Shown: in pieces, positions 57,352-64,000 of the stretch
Position numbering within the stretch: position 1 is the first letter of the stretch
How the letters are laid out: each line of letters starts with the position of its first letter
Assembly (NCBI GenBank): GCA_963737575.1
Contig: CAVTTJ010000006.1
Location: 20,620-84,619 of the forward strand
Reading direction: 5' to 3'
DNA length: 64,000 nucleotides
Origin: an uncultured Solirubrobacterales bacterium
Lineage (GTDB): Bacteria > Actinomycetota > Thermoleophilia > Solirubrobacterales > 70-9
The notes under the pieces: generated by a model
The model's database searches: none
The model's input: only the letters and a program-made list of their open reading frames with translations
Told to the model about the DNA's origin: nothing
Translations under genes and position numbers: made by a program

Positions 57352-58688
57352 CGCCTGACCTCCGATTTGGGTTGAGTCGAGTTTTCGTCCTCGGGTGGGC
57401 TGGACCTTCCCCCCGGAATCAACTCCAGCATAGTCTCGCGGGGGCCCGGTCCCGCGCCAGTGGCCGAATCGGCGGCGATTTCAGGCGATAGCGGCCACCT
57501 CGTGCCCAGAAGCGGGGCCGCGATCGCCGCGGTGGCGACGACGCCGGCGCCGGCTACCAGGAAGGTCGCCCGTGGGCTGAGGCCGGTGGCGATTAGGCCA
57601 CCGAGGAGGTACCCCACCCCCGGGGTCGCCGACCCGATCGATTCGAGCACGCCGATGACCCGGGCCTGCATATTCGGCGTCGTCAGCTCCTGAACCGCGC
57701 TCATCACCGCGACCCACTGCACGCCGTTACCGGCGCCCCCGACCGCCGAGGCGACGCAGGCGAACGCGAGTGTCTGGGCCGCCCCGGTGCCCAGGTAGCC
57801 GGCCCCGACCGCGATCGTGCTGAAGAACAGCAGCACCGGCAGCGGCGCTCGCCGCAGGGCTGCGAAAACGACGCTCCCGATCACCATCCCGACGCCCCAG
57901 CTGCCGAGCAGCAGGCCGTATCCGGTGTCGCCCGCCCCGAGCGTGTCCTTCGCGAACACGACCTCGATCGGGATCACCGCCGAGAAGAAGACGAAGGCGA
58001 CGGCCTGGGCGGCGAGCAGCCGCCGCAGCGTCCGGTTCTCCCGTATGTAACCGGCCCCCGCCCGGACCCGCTCGCTCAGCCGCCCGGGTTCGGATTCGGC
58101 GTGCGGCAGCGGCCGGGCGGTGAGCAGGATCCATCCGATCGCGTAGAAGGATGCTGCGTCGAGCAGCAGCGCCGATTGGATCCCGAAGGCGGCGATCACC
58201 CCGCCCGCGAGGACCGGGCCGATCGCGGCGCCGCCGGTGAAGGCGACGTTGAGGATCGCGTTCCCCGCCCGCAGCTCGCCCTCAGGCTCGAGCATCGCGG
58301 CGCTGACCGAGCGCGTCAGCGACTTGGCGGTGAGTGCCAGCGCGCCGTCTACCGTCGCCACCGCGACCACGGCCGCGAGCGAGAAGTTGTCGGCGAGCAG
58401 CGCCAGCGCCCCGAACGCCGCCGCCTCCGCCGCGTAGAGCGCCGGCAGGACGAAGCGCGGGGGCGGCCGCTCGAGCCTGGCGACGACGACCGGGGTTAGC
58501 AGCGCCGGCACGAAACCGGTCCCGATGAACAGCAGCGTCGTCGCCATCGCGCTTCCGGTCTGCTCGAAGACGAGCACCGAGAGGGCGACGATCCCGAGCC
58601 AGTCGCCGAGCTCGTTGACGGCGTAGGAGAGGACCAGGCGGCGGAAGGCCGGGCGACGCAGCGGGTCCGTCAGGCGTGGGGCGGCCAT
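57348..58688 (-). CDS. MFS transporter (EntS/MFS_3-like, 12-TM)
   Basis: FRRLVLSYAVNELGDWLGIVALSVLV is typical of the enterobactin-exporter-like MFS_3 family. Confidence 0.8.
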   Translation of the reverse strand: MAAPRLTDPLRRPAFRRLVLSYAVNELGDWLGIVALSVLVFEQTGSAMATTLLFIGTGFVPALLTPVVVARLERPPPRFVLPALYAAEAAAFGALALLADNFSLAAVVAVATVDGALALTAKSLTRSVSAAMLEPEGELRAGNAILNVAFTGGAAIGPVLAGGVIAAFGIQSALLLDAASFYAIGWILLTARPLPHAESEPGRLSERVRAGAGYIRENRTLRRLLAAQAVAFVFFSAVIPIEVVFAKDTLGAGDTGYGLLLGSWGVGMVIGSVVFAALRRAPLPVLLFFSTIAVGAGYLGTGAAQTLAFACVASAVGGAGNGVQWVAVMSAVQELTTPNMQARVIGVLESIGSATPGVGYLLGGLIATGLSPRATFLVAGAGVVATAAIAAPLLGTRWPLSPEIAADSATGAGPGPRETMLELIPGGRSSPPEDENSTQPKSEVRR

Positions 58689-58703
58689 CTAAATCTGCAT
58701 TTC

Positions 58704-58735
58704 TTTGCACAAGTTCTGGTGCATTTGCACAAGTT
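58704..58735. repeat. two direct copies of TTTGCACAAGTT spaced 20 bp apart (candidate operator/promoter element)
   Basis: The copies lie at 58704-58715 and 58724-58735, each preceded by TGCATTT. They start 16 bp upstream of the MFS start codon, in an AT-rich 450-bp intergenic region. Confidence 0.45.
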
Positions 58736-59067
58736 TCAGCCTAGATGTGCTACAAACCTTCCAGTAAGCGAACCGATCTTCGCCGAAACCCGTGCAGAAG
58801 ATGGCTTCGTGGCTTCTATCGAAGGGATTGGTCATGGGCTACAAGAGGTAAGACTTCATAGACAGGCGTTAGCTCCACCGGAGTTCGCCGTCTAGGCATA
58901 GAGGGCTCCCCGTGTGGAGTCCTTTGCGCTTTTTAGAGGCAGATCGGCCAAATCCGCCTCGAATGCAAGGCAATGGCCAGTTGATCTACGCAGGTTGCCG
59001 ACTCGGCGACCAGGCTCTACCTTCCAGCCGTAGGTTGCGATCGTCGCAAGCCGGCTGCCAGTCGGAG

Positions 59068-59096
59068 GAAGCATTTCGCGACCAGCGAAATGCTTC
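59068..59096. promoter_or_regulatory. perfect 12-bp stem / 5-nt loop hairpin in the leader of the HD-GYP gene
   Basis: The hairpin is GAAGCATTTCGC GACCA GCGAAATGCTTC. It ends 42 nt before ATG 59139, and no U-tract follows on either strand. Confidence 0.45.
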
Positions 59097-59138
59097 AGGG
59101 CAGGCATTGGCCTGGCGATATCAAGATCAGCGCTATCC

Positions 59139-60545
59139 ATGCATACCGAGCGGCCGACACGTTTGAGCAACGCCATCCTGGCGATCGTCCTGGTCGCTGC
59201 GGTCCTGGCCGCTATTTGGCGGATCCCCAACGCCGACTGGGAAATGGGCCTGTTCGCCATCCTGCTCGGCTTCTCGATCTTCAGCGACGTGACGGCGATC
59301 GAGATGGAATCACGGCTGAAGATTTCGGGAAGTTTCCTCGCCATCGTCCTCGCGATGGTGTTCCTCGGCGCCACCCCGGCCGCGCTGATCGGGGTCATCT
59401 CGATCGTCGCCGGCTCGATCCGCTTTCGCGAAAAGTGGAACGACTTCTTCTTCAACCTCCTGACCTACATCACGTTCCCGGTGATCGTCGGCACCGCGTT
59501 CCACGAAATCGTCGATGCCACCGGGATCACGCCCTCCGACCCGATCTACTACTGCCTCGTCTTCGGCGTCTTTCTCGTCGCCCTGGCGCTCAACTTCTCG
59601 ATGATCGCGGCGTACACGTGCTATCTCGACCGCAGCTCGTTTCTGGACAAGGTGCGGACGTCGCTGGTCCCGCTTCTTCCTTCGGAGCTGGCCGCGGCCC
59701 TCATGGCCGTCGGGGTCGCCTTCATCTACGACCAGATCGGCCTCGCCGGGGTCGCGCTGTTCGGAATCGTCCTTGTCATCTTCCAGTACCTGCTCGGCGC
59801 CCTGCTCAAGTCGCAGGAGCGGGCGCAGGAGCTCGAGGTCCGGACCAAGCAGCTGGCCAGCTTCCAGGTCGGGATGTTGAGCGCCCTGCTGCGGACGCTC
59901 GACCTGCGGGACCAGATGACTGCGCGCCACTCGGCCGCGGTGGCCCGCTACTCGCGGGCGATCGCCCAACGCGCCGGCTTCTCCCGTCGTGAGGAGGAGC
60001 TCGTCCACATCGCGGCGCTGCTCCACGACATCGGCAAGTTCATCCTCCCGGACCGGATCCTGAAGGCGAACGTCCCGCTCACCGACGAAGATTGGATGCT
60101 GATCCGCCGCCACCCCCAGCAGGGGGCCCGGGTCGTCTCCTCGCTCGACGGCTACGGGCCGGTCGCCGAGATCATCCTCGCCCACCACGAGCGGATCGAC
60201 GGCAAGGGCTATCCCCGCGGCCTGCGCGGCGACGACATTCCCGAGCTGGCGCGGATCATCTCCGTCGCCGACACCTACGACGTGATGACGGCCCGCGACT
60301 CCTACCGGGCGCCGGTCTCCAGCTACGACGCGATCGAGGAGCTGCGGCGGGTGGCGGGGGAGCAGCTCGACGAGCGGTTCGTCGAGATCTTCATCGAGCT
60401 TCTCGAGGGCAAGGACGTCTCCTTCCGCCACGGCGAGGAGGCCGACTTCGAGAAGGAGCTGGCGCTCGAAGCGCGGATCGCCGAGACCGCCAGCCCCAGC
60501 GACGAGGTCGGACGCTTCCAGATTCCCCGCGTGCCTGTCGGCTGA
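59139..60545 (+). CDS. membrane-anchored HD-GYP domain protein (putative c-di-GMP phosphodiesterase)
   Basis: An N-terminal module of about 7 TM helices is followed by the HD domain HDIGK and HHERIDGKGYPRGL (HD-GYP signature). Confidence 0.85.
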   Translation: MHTERPTRLSNAILAIVLVAAVLAAIWRIPNADWEMGLFAILLGFSIFSDVTAIEMESRLKISGSFLAIVLAMVFLGATPAALIGVISIVAGSIRFREKWNDFFFNLLTYITFPVIVGTAFHEIVDATGITPSDPIYYCLVFGVFLVALALNFSMIAAYTCYLDRSSFLDKVRTSLVPLLPSELAAALMAVGVAFIYDQIGLAGVALFGIVLVIFQYLLGALLKSQERAQELEVRTKQLASFQVGMLSALLRTLDLRDQMTARHSAAVARYSRAIAQRAGFSRREEELVHIAALLHDIGKFILPDRILKANVPLTDEDWMLIRRHPQQGARVVSSLDGYGPVAEIILAHHERIDGKGYPRGLRGDDIPELARIISVADTYDVMTARDSYRAPVSSYDAIEELRRVAGEQLDERFVEIFIELLEGKDVSFRHGEEADFEKELALEARIAETASPSDEVGRFQIPRVPVG

Positions 60546-60578
60546 GCCTCCGGCCGAGCGATACGGTTCTCGCCGCCG

Positions 60579-61613
60579 ATGAAAGCCGTGACCTTCCAGG
60601 CGCCGGGTGAGATCCAGATCGAGGAGAAGGCCGACCCTGAGGTCGGCTCTCCCGATGAGGCCCTGGTCAGGGTCGAGGCGAGCGGGATCTGCGGCTCCGA
60701 CCTTCACATCTTCCACGGCCGGGTCCCGGTCGAGGTTGGGTTCACGATTGGACACGAGTTCGTCGGCACCGTGCTCGCCACCGGCGACGACGTCGAGCGC
60801 GTCGCCGAGGGCGATCGCGTCCTCGGCTGCTTCCACACCGCCTGCGGAACCTGCGCCGCCTGCCTGCGCGGCGACTATCACCGCTGCGAGCGCGGCCGGA
60901 TCTTCGGCCACGGGTCGAAGCTCGGAGACCTCCAGGGCGCTCAGGCAGAGCTGCTGCTGGTGCCGCGGGCGGACCTGACGCTGCGGCGGGTCCCGGAGGG
61001 GATCTCCGATGGCGTCGCGCTGTTCGCCGGGGACGTGATGGGCACTGGCTTCCACTCGATCGAGCACGCCGGGACGCGAACGGGAGACACCGTCGCCGTG
61101 CTCGGGCTCGGGCCGGTCGGGCTCTGTGCGGTCCAGGCCGCGCGCGCGGCCGGCGCCACCAAGGTCTTCGCGATCGACACGGTGGCCCCGCGGCTCGAGA
61201 TGGCGGCCGAGTTCGGCGCCGTCCCGCTGCACCTCACCGAAGAGGACCCCAAGAAGGCGGTGCGGGCGGCGACCGACGGCCGCGGGGTCGACGTCGTCGT
61301 CGACGCCGTCGGTGACCCGGGACCGCTGGCGATGGCGATCAGCCTCGTCCGCGACGCCGGCACCGTCTCGGGGATCGGCGCCTACGCCGGCAGGGGCGAG
61401 GTGCCGATCGGCCTCGCCTGGCTGAAGGGGCTGACGCTCCGGCTCGGCCTCGCCAACGTGATCGCCCACGTCGACAGGGTGCTGGCGCTGATCGAGGCTG
61501 GGAGCCTGGACCCGGCGCCGCTGGTCACCCACCGGATGAAGCTCGAGGAAGCCGCCGACGCTTACCGCCTCTACGACAACCGCGAGGCGCTGAAGATCGT
61601 CCTCACCCCGTAG
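60579..61613 (+). CDS. zinc-dependent MDR alcohol dehydrogenase (formaldehyde/threonine dehydrogenase-like)
   Basis: Carries ICGSDLH, GHEFVG, the structural Zn cluster CGTCAACLRGDYHRC, and GLGPVG. Confidence 0.85.
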   Translation: MKAVTFQAPGEIQIEEKADPEVGSPDEALVRVEASGICGSDLHIFHGRVPVEVGFTIGHEFVGTVLATGDDVERVAEGDRVLGCFHTACGTCAACLRGDYHRCERGRIFGHGSKLGDLQGAQAELLLVPRADLTLRRVPEGISDGVALFAGDVMGTGFHSIEHAGTRTGDTVAVLGLGPVGLCAVQAARAAGATKVFAIDTVAPRLEMAAEFGAVPLHLTEEDPKKAVRAATDGRGVDVVVDAVGDPGPLAMAISLVRDAGTVSGIGAYAGRGEVPIGLAWLKGLTLRLGLANVIAHVDRVLALIEAGSLDPAPLVTHRMKLEEAADAYRLYDNREALKIVLTP

Positions 61614-62388
61614 CGACCGCGGCCGGCGCCGGCTTGCGGTGGCGGCGGAACATCTCCTCGACCCAGACGTAGCCGGGCCGCTCCTTCAGCGGCTCGCGGA
61701 AGGCCTCGAGCCCGGCCGGCGCCCCAGCGTCGGTCGCCGCCGGGCCCTCCGGCGGCAGCACCACCGGGTAGAAGAGCGAGGCCGCGGTCAGGTCGGCGAC
61801 GCTGAACCGCTCGCCGACGAGGTACTCGCCCCCGTTCGCGGCGAGCTCCTCCTCGAGGCAGTCGAACGCGGCGACGATCTTGTTACGGGCCAGCTCCGCT
61901 GCCTTCGGGTCGGCGACACCGAATCGGACTCTCGTGTAGAGGCCGGCATAGGAGGTGACCAGGCCGCCGGCTTTCCGCAGCGGGCCGGGCACGGTCCCTT
62001 CGACCACCTTCTGAAAGCGCTCGCGGTCGTTGCGCAGTTCGTGCCAGGCCAACAGCCGTGAGTGAGGCCCGAGCTCCTCGTCGAAGAAGTCCTCGAGGGC
62101 GAGCGCGCGGCGGAGCTGGTCCGGGTCCTCCGGGTAGAGGGCGGGCTCGGGATTGCGCTCCTCGAGCGCGGCGATGATCGCGGTCGAGTCGCCGATGTTG
62201 CGGCCGTCGAGGGTGAGGACCGGGAAGGTGATCTGGCCGCCGCGGGTCAGCCAGAGCGCGACGGCCATGTGCCCGCCGGCAGGCGGTGAGCGCCGCTCGT
62301 GCTCGACTCCCTTCCAGGCGAGCGCCCAGCGGGCCTTCTCGCTGTAGTGGGAGACGGGGATCTGCCAGAGGGTCGGGAGCTCGCTCAT
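61603..62388 (-). CDS. glutathione S-transferase family protein
   Basis: The N-terminal thioredoxin-like fold reads LWQIPVSHYSEKARWAL...FPVL..DG..I.DS.AI. The start MSELPTLW was chosen. Confidence 0.7.
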   Translation of the reverse strand: MSELPTLWQIPVSHYSEKARWALAWKGVEHERRSPPAGGHMAVALWLTRGGQITFPVLTLDGRNIGDSTAIIAALEERNPEPALYPEDPDQLRRALALEDFFDEELGPHSRLLAWHELRNDRERFQKVVEGTVPGPLRKAGGLVTSYAGLYTRVRFGVADPKAAELARNKIVAAFDCLEEELAANGGEYLVGERFSVADLTAASLFYPVVLPPEGPAATDAGAPAGLEAFREPLKERPGYVWVEEMFRRHRKPAPAAVATG

Positions 62389-62426
62389 TTGCAATTCCTG
62401 GGCGCCCTGCCAGCATAGTCCGCGCA

Positions 62427-62702
62427 ATGCCACTGACCGAACAGGAGATCGAGGCGAGGCTGAGCGAGCACCCCGGCTGGGAGCGGGAGGGCCAGGCGAT
62501 CGTCAAATCGTTCAAGCGCGCCGACTTCGTCGGCTCGGTCAATTTCCTCAACACCATCGTCGAGCCGGCCGAGGGGATGAACCACCATCCCGACATCGAG
62601 ATCTCCTGGGACACGGTGACGGTCAGGCTCTCGACCCATTCCGAGGGCGGGGTCACCGCCAACGACTTCGAGTTGGCGGCGAAGATCGACGCCCTCGGCT
62701 GA
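62427..62702 (+). CDS. phhB: 4a-hydroxytetrahydrobiopterin dehydratase (PCD/DCoH)
   Basis: Carries the conserved core GMNHHPDIEISWDTVTVRLSTH. Confidence 0.85.
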   Translation: MPLTEQEIEARLSEHPGWEREGQAIVKSFKRADFVGSVNFLNTIVEPAEGMNHHPDIEISWDTVTVRLSTHSEGGVTANDFELAAKIDALG

Positions 62703-62722
62703 GCCGCGTCTGGCCTGGTGCG

Positions 62723-63139
62723 GTGGCCGACGAGCTGAAGATCGACGACGGGCTCGCGATTCCGCTGTCGGAGATTGAGCTGCGCGCGAGTCGCTCCTCC
62801 GGCCCGGGCGGCCAGCACGCGAACGTCACCGCCTCGCGGGTCGAAGCCGCGTTCGACGTCGAGGCCTCGCGGACGCTCGACGAGGGCCAGCGGGCGAGGC
62901 TGCTGGAGCGGGTGGGCCCGCTCGTGACCGCCGTCGCCCAGGAGGCGCGGGGCCAGGCTCGGAACCGGGAGCTCGCCCTGCAGCGGCTGGCGGCGAAGAT
63001 CGCTGCCGGCCTCCGGGTCCCCAGGCGACGACGCCCGACGAGGCCCAGCGGGGCGTCGCGCGAGCGACGGCTCGAGCAGAAGCGGCGGACCTCGCAGCGG
63101 AAGGCGGGCCGCCGCCCGCCGGCCGACGCCGGAGAGTGA
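62723..63139 (+). CDS. arfB: alternative ribosome-rescue factor ArfB (peptidyl-tRNA hydrolase, class I RF domain)
   Basis: Carries SSGPGGQHANVTASRV (GGQ motif) and a basic C-terminal tail. The start is GTG. Confidence 0.85.
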   Translation: MADELKIDDGLAIPLSEIELRASRSSGPGGQHANVTASRVEAAFDVEASRTLDEGQRARLLERVGPLVTAVAQEARGQARNRELALQRLAAKIAAGLRVPRRRRPTRPSGASRERRLEQKRRTSQRKAGRRPPADAGE

Positions 63140-63172
63140 CCGCGGCGGGGCGTCCTGGCAGACTCGGGAACG

Positions 63173-63520
63173 ATGCCGAAGCGCAGAAACAGGCGATCGC
63201 CCGAGAAGGCGGCAACGGTCTCCTACCGAGACGAGGAGGGCAACACCCTCATCCTGCGCGAGTCGCTGAGCGCGGGGACGATCAGGAAGATCGGTCAGGG
63301 CCCCTCGAGCGCGGCAGCTTCGGTCGACGACGCCTGGCGCCGCCGCTCCGAGCTGCTGTTCGAGCGCCTCGTCGTCTCCTGGGAGATCGCTGGCCTCCCC
63401 CTGACCGATCAGAAGATGCTCCTCGGGCGCTACCGGATGGCGGACTCCGCGACCCAGCAGTGGGTGCGGAAAACGATCGCGCAGCACCTCGAGCGTCATA
63501 TCCCGGACCTCGCCGGCTGA
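63173..63520 (+). CDS. hypothetical protein (115 aa)
   Basis: This is a clean ORF with non-shadow composition (MPKRRNRRSPEKAATVSYRDEEGNTLILRE...). I recognise no domain. Confidence 0.5.
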   Translation: MPKRRNRRSPEKAATVSYRDEEGNTLILRESLSAGTIRKIGQGPSSAAASVDDAWRRRSELLFERLVVSWEIAGLPLTDQKMLLGRYRMADSATQQWVRKTIAQHLERHIPDLAG

Positions 63521-63521
63521 G

Positions 63522-63637
63522 GACCGTGATCGTCATTTCATTCACCCCTGGGGTGAAATGGCGATCACGCCTGGGGAGCTGAGACCGTGATCGTCATATC
63601 AGTCACCTCTGGGTCGAAATGGCGATCACGCTTGGGG
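63522..63637. repeat. two tandem copies of a 61-nt element, each forming a 12-16 bp hairpin (REP/MITE-like or bidirectional terminator)
   Basis: Copy 1 spans 63522-63582 and copy 2 spans 63583-63637, at about 88% identity by eye. The stem is CGTGATCGTCAT(TTCA)...(TGAA)ATGGCGATCACG. The element lies between convergent genes. Confidence 0.7.
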
Positions 63638-64000
63638 GAGTAGGGGTTCGAGTGAGCGGACTAGGGAGCGCCCGCAGGCGAGAGCGGGGTCCTTCTCGGG
63701 GTTGTAGCAGGCGATCGAGGCGCCGATCAGCGCCTCCGAGGTGAGTAGCGGCGCCAGCAGGTCGCCGAGCTCCTCCCAGCTAATGCCGCCGCCCATCAGG
63801 TAGTCGGTCGCCGGAAAGGCCTCCCGGTCGAGGACGTCGACGTCGAAATGGAGCCAGAACGGGCCGGCGGCAGAGAGCGAGGCGGCGACTCTCTCGCCGG
63901 TCTCGCGGGCGCCCGCGGTGCGCACCGACTCGATCGGGTGCAGATGGGGCGCCGGGTCGAGGTCCTCCGGCTGGCGCATCCCGTCCTCGATCGATTCCTC
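63626..64000 (-). CDS. arginase/agmatinase/formiminoglutamase family protein (C-terminal part; the gene runs off the right edge)
   Basis: WLHFDVDVLDREAFPATDY..GGISWEEL and the IACYNPEKDP block are typical of the ureohydrolase C-terminus. The frame stays open to the window end. Confidence 0.7.
   Translation of the reverse strand, partial: EESIEDGMRQPEDLDPAPHLHPIESVRTAGARETGERVAASLSAAGPFWLHFDVDVLDREAFPATDYLMGGGISWEELGDLLAPLLTSEALIGASIACYNPEKDPALACGRSLVRSLEPLLPQA

Noticed and set aside
58892-59455. ORFs 58892..59455 (-) and 58912..59166 (+) in the AT-rich leader
   Set aside because: The first is antisense to the HD-GYP N-terminus. Both have odd composition, no RBS and no motifs.
59310-63499. 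740-aa (59310..61532) and 538-aa (61883..63499) minus-strand ORFs
   Set aside because: They are antisense to the HD-GYP, Zn-ADH, PCD and arfB genes, which have unmistakable motifs. Their composition is shadow-like.
63522-63637. Possible CRISPR array
   Set aside because: There are only two directly abutting copies with no spacers and no cas genes. I interpret it as a tandem hairpin repeat instead.

Overview
High-GC (about 70%) actinobacterial-type chromosome segment. F420/deazaflavin enzymes, MMPL, class III ADH and an RpoD-type sigma suggest Actinomycetota, possibly Thermoleophilia-like; that placement is inference only. I support about 55 protein genes, 2 tRNAs (Thr-CGU, Tyr-GUA) and a few regulatory or repeat sites. 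I saw no rRNA, CRISPR array, transposase or integrase. The left half (1-32.8 kb) is dominated by secreted repeat proteins. The standout is a 17.3-kb, six-gene, translationally coupled operon (15468-32790) of giant exported proteins arranged A-B-C-B'-C'-D. A has an NHL propeller plus FN3-like modules. B and B' have NHL, FN3-like modules and a PD40/TolB-like propeller. C and C' belong to a roughly 920-aa Cys-loop family I cannot name. D has a lamin-tail domain plus three Ig-like modules. All six proteins end in a His/Arg/Lys-rich polybasic tail with no membrane anchor, which may be an undescribed envelope-retention or sorting signature. Three of the six genes carry apparent single-nucleotide +1 frame disruptions. 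Upstream lie a DUF1800-DUF1501(Tat)-cupredoxin operon and a class III ADH plus NAD-formate dehydrogenase pair. The right half is housekeeping and accessory: UDG family 5, MMPL, pgsA, folE2, sigma-70, MerR/MFS, a DCD-type dCTP deaminase, an SOS-box-preceded radical SAM gene, and a low-GC patch with a copper lipoprotein. It also carries an ATP-dependent DNA ligase overlapping a peptide ABC operon, an HD-GYP protein behind an AT-rich leader, arfB, and a tandem 61-nt hairpin repeat. Many long ORFs in the supplied track are high-GC shadow ORFs and were rejected. All calls come from reading motifs by eye; no database search was run.
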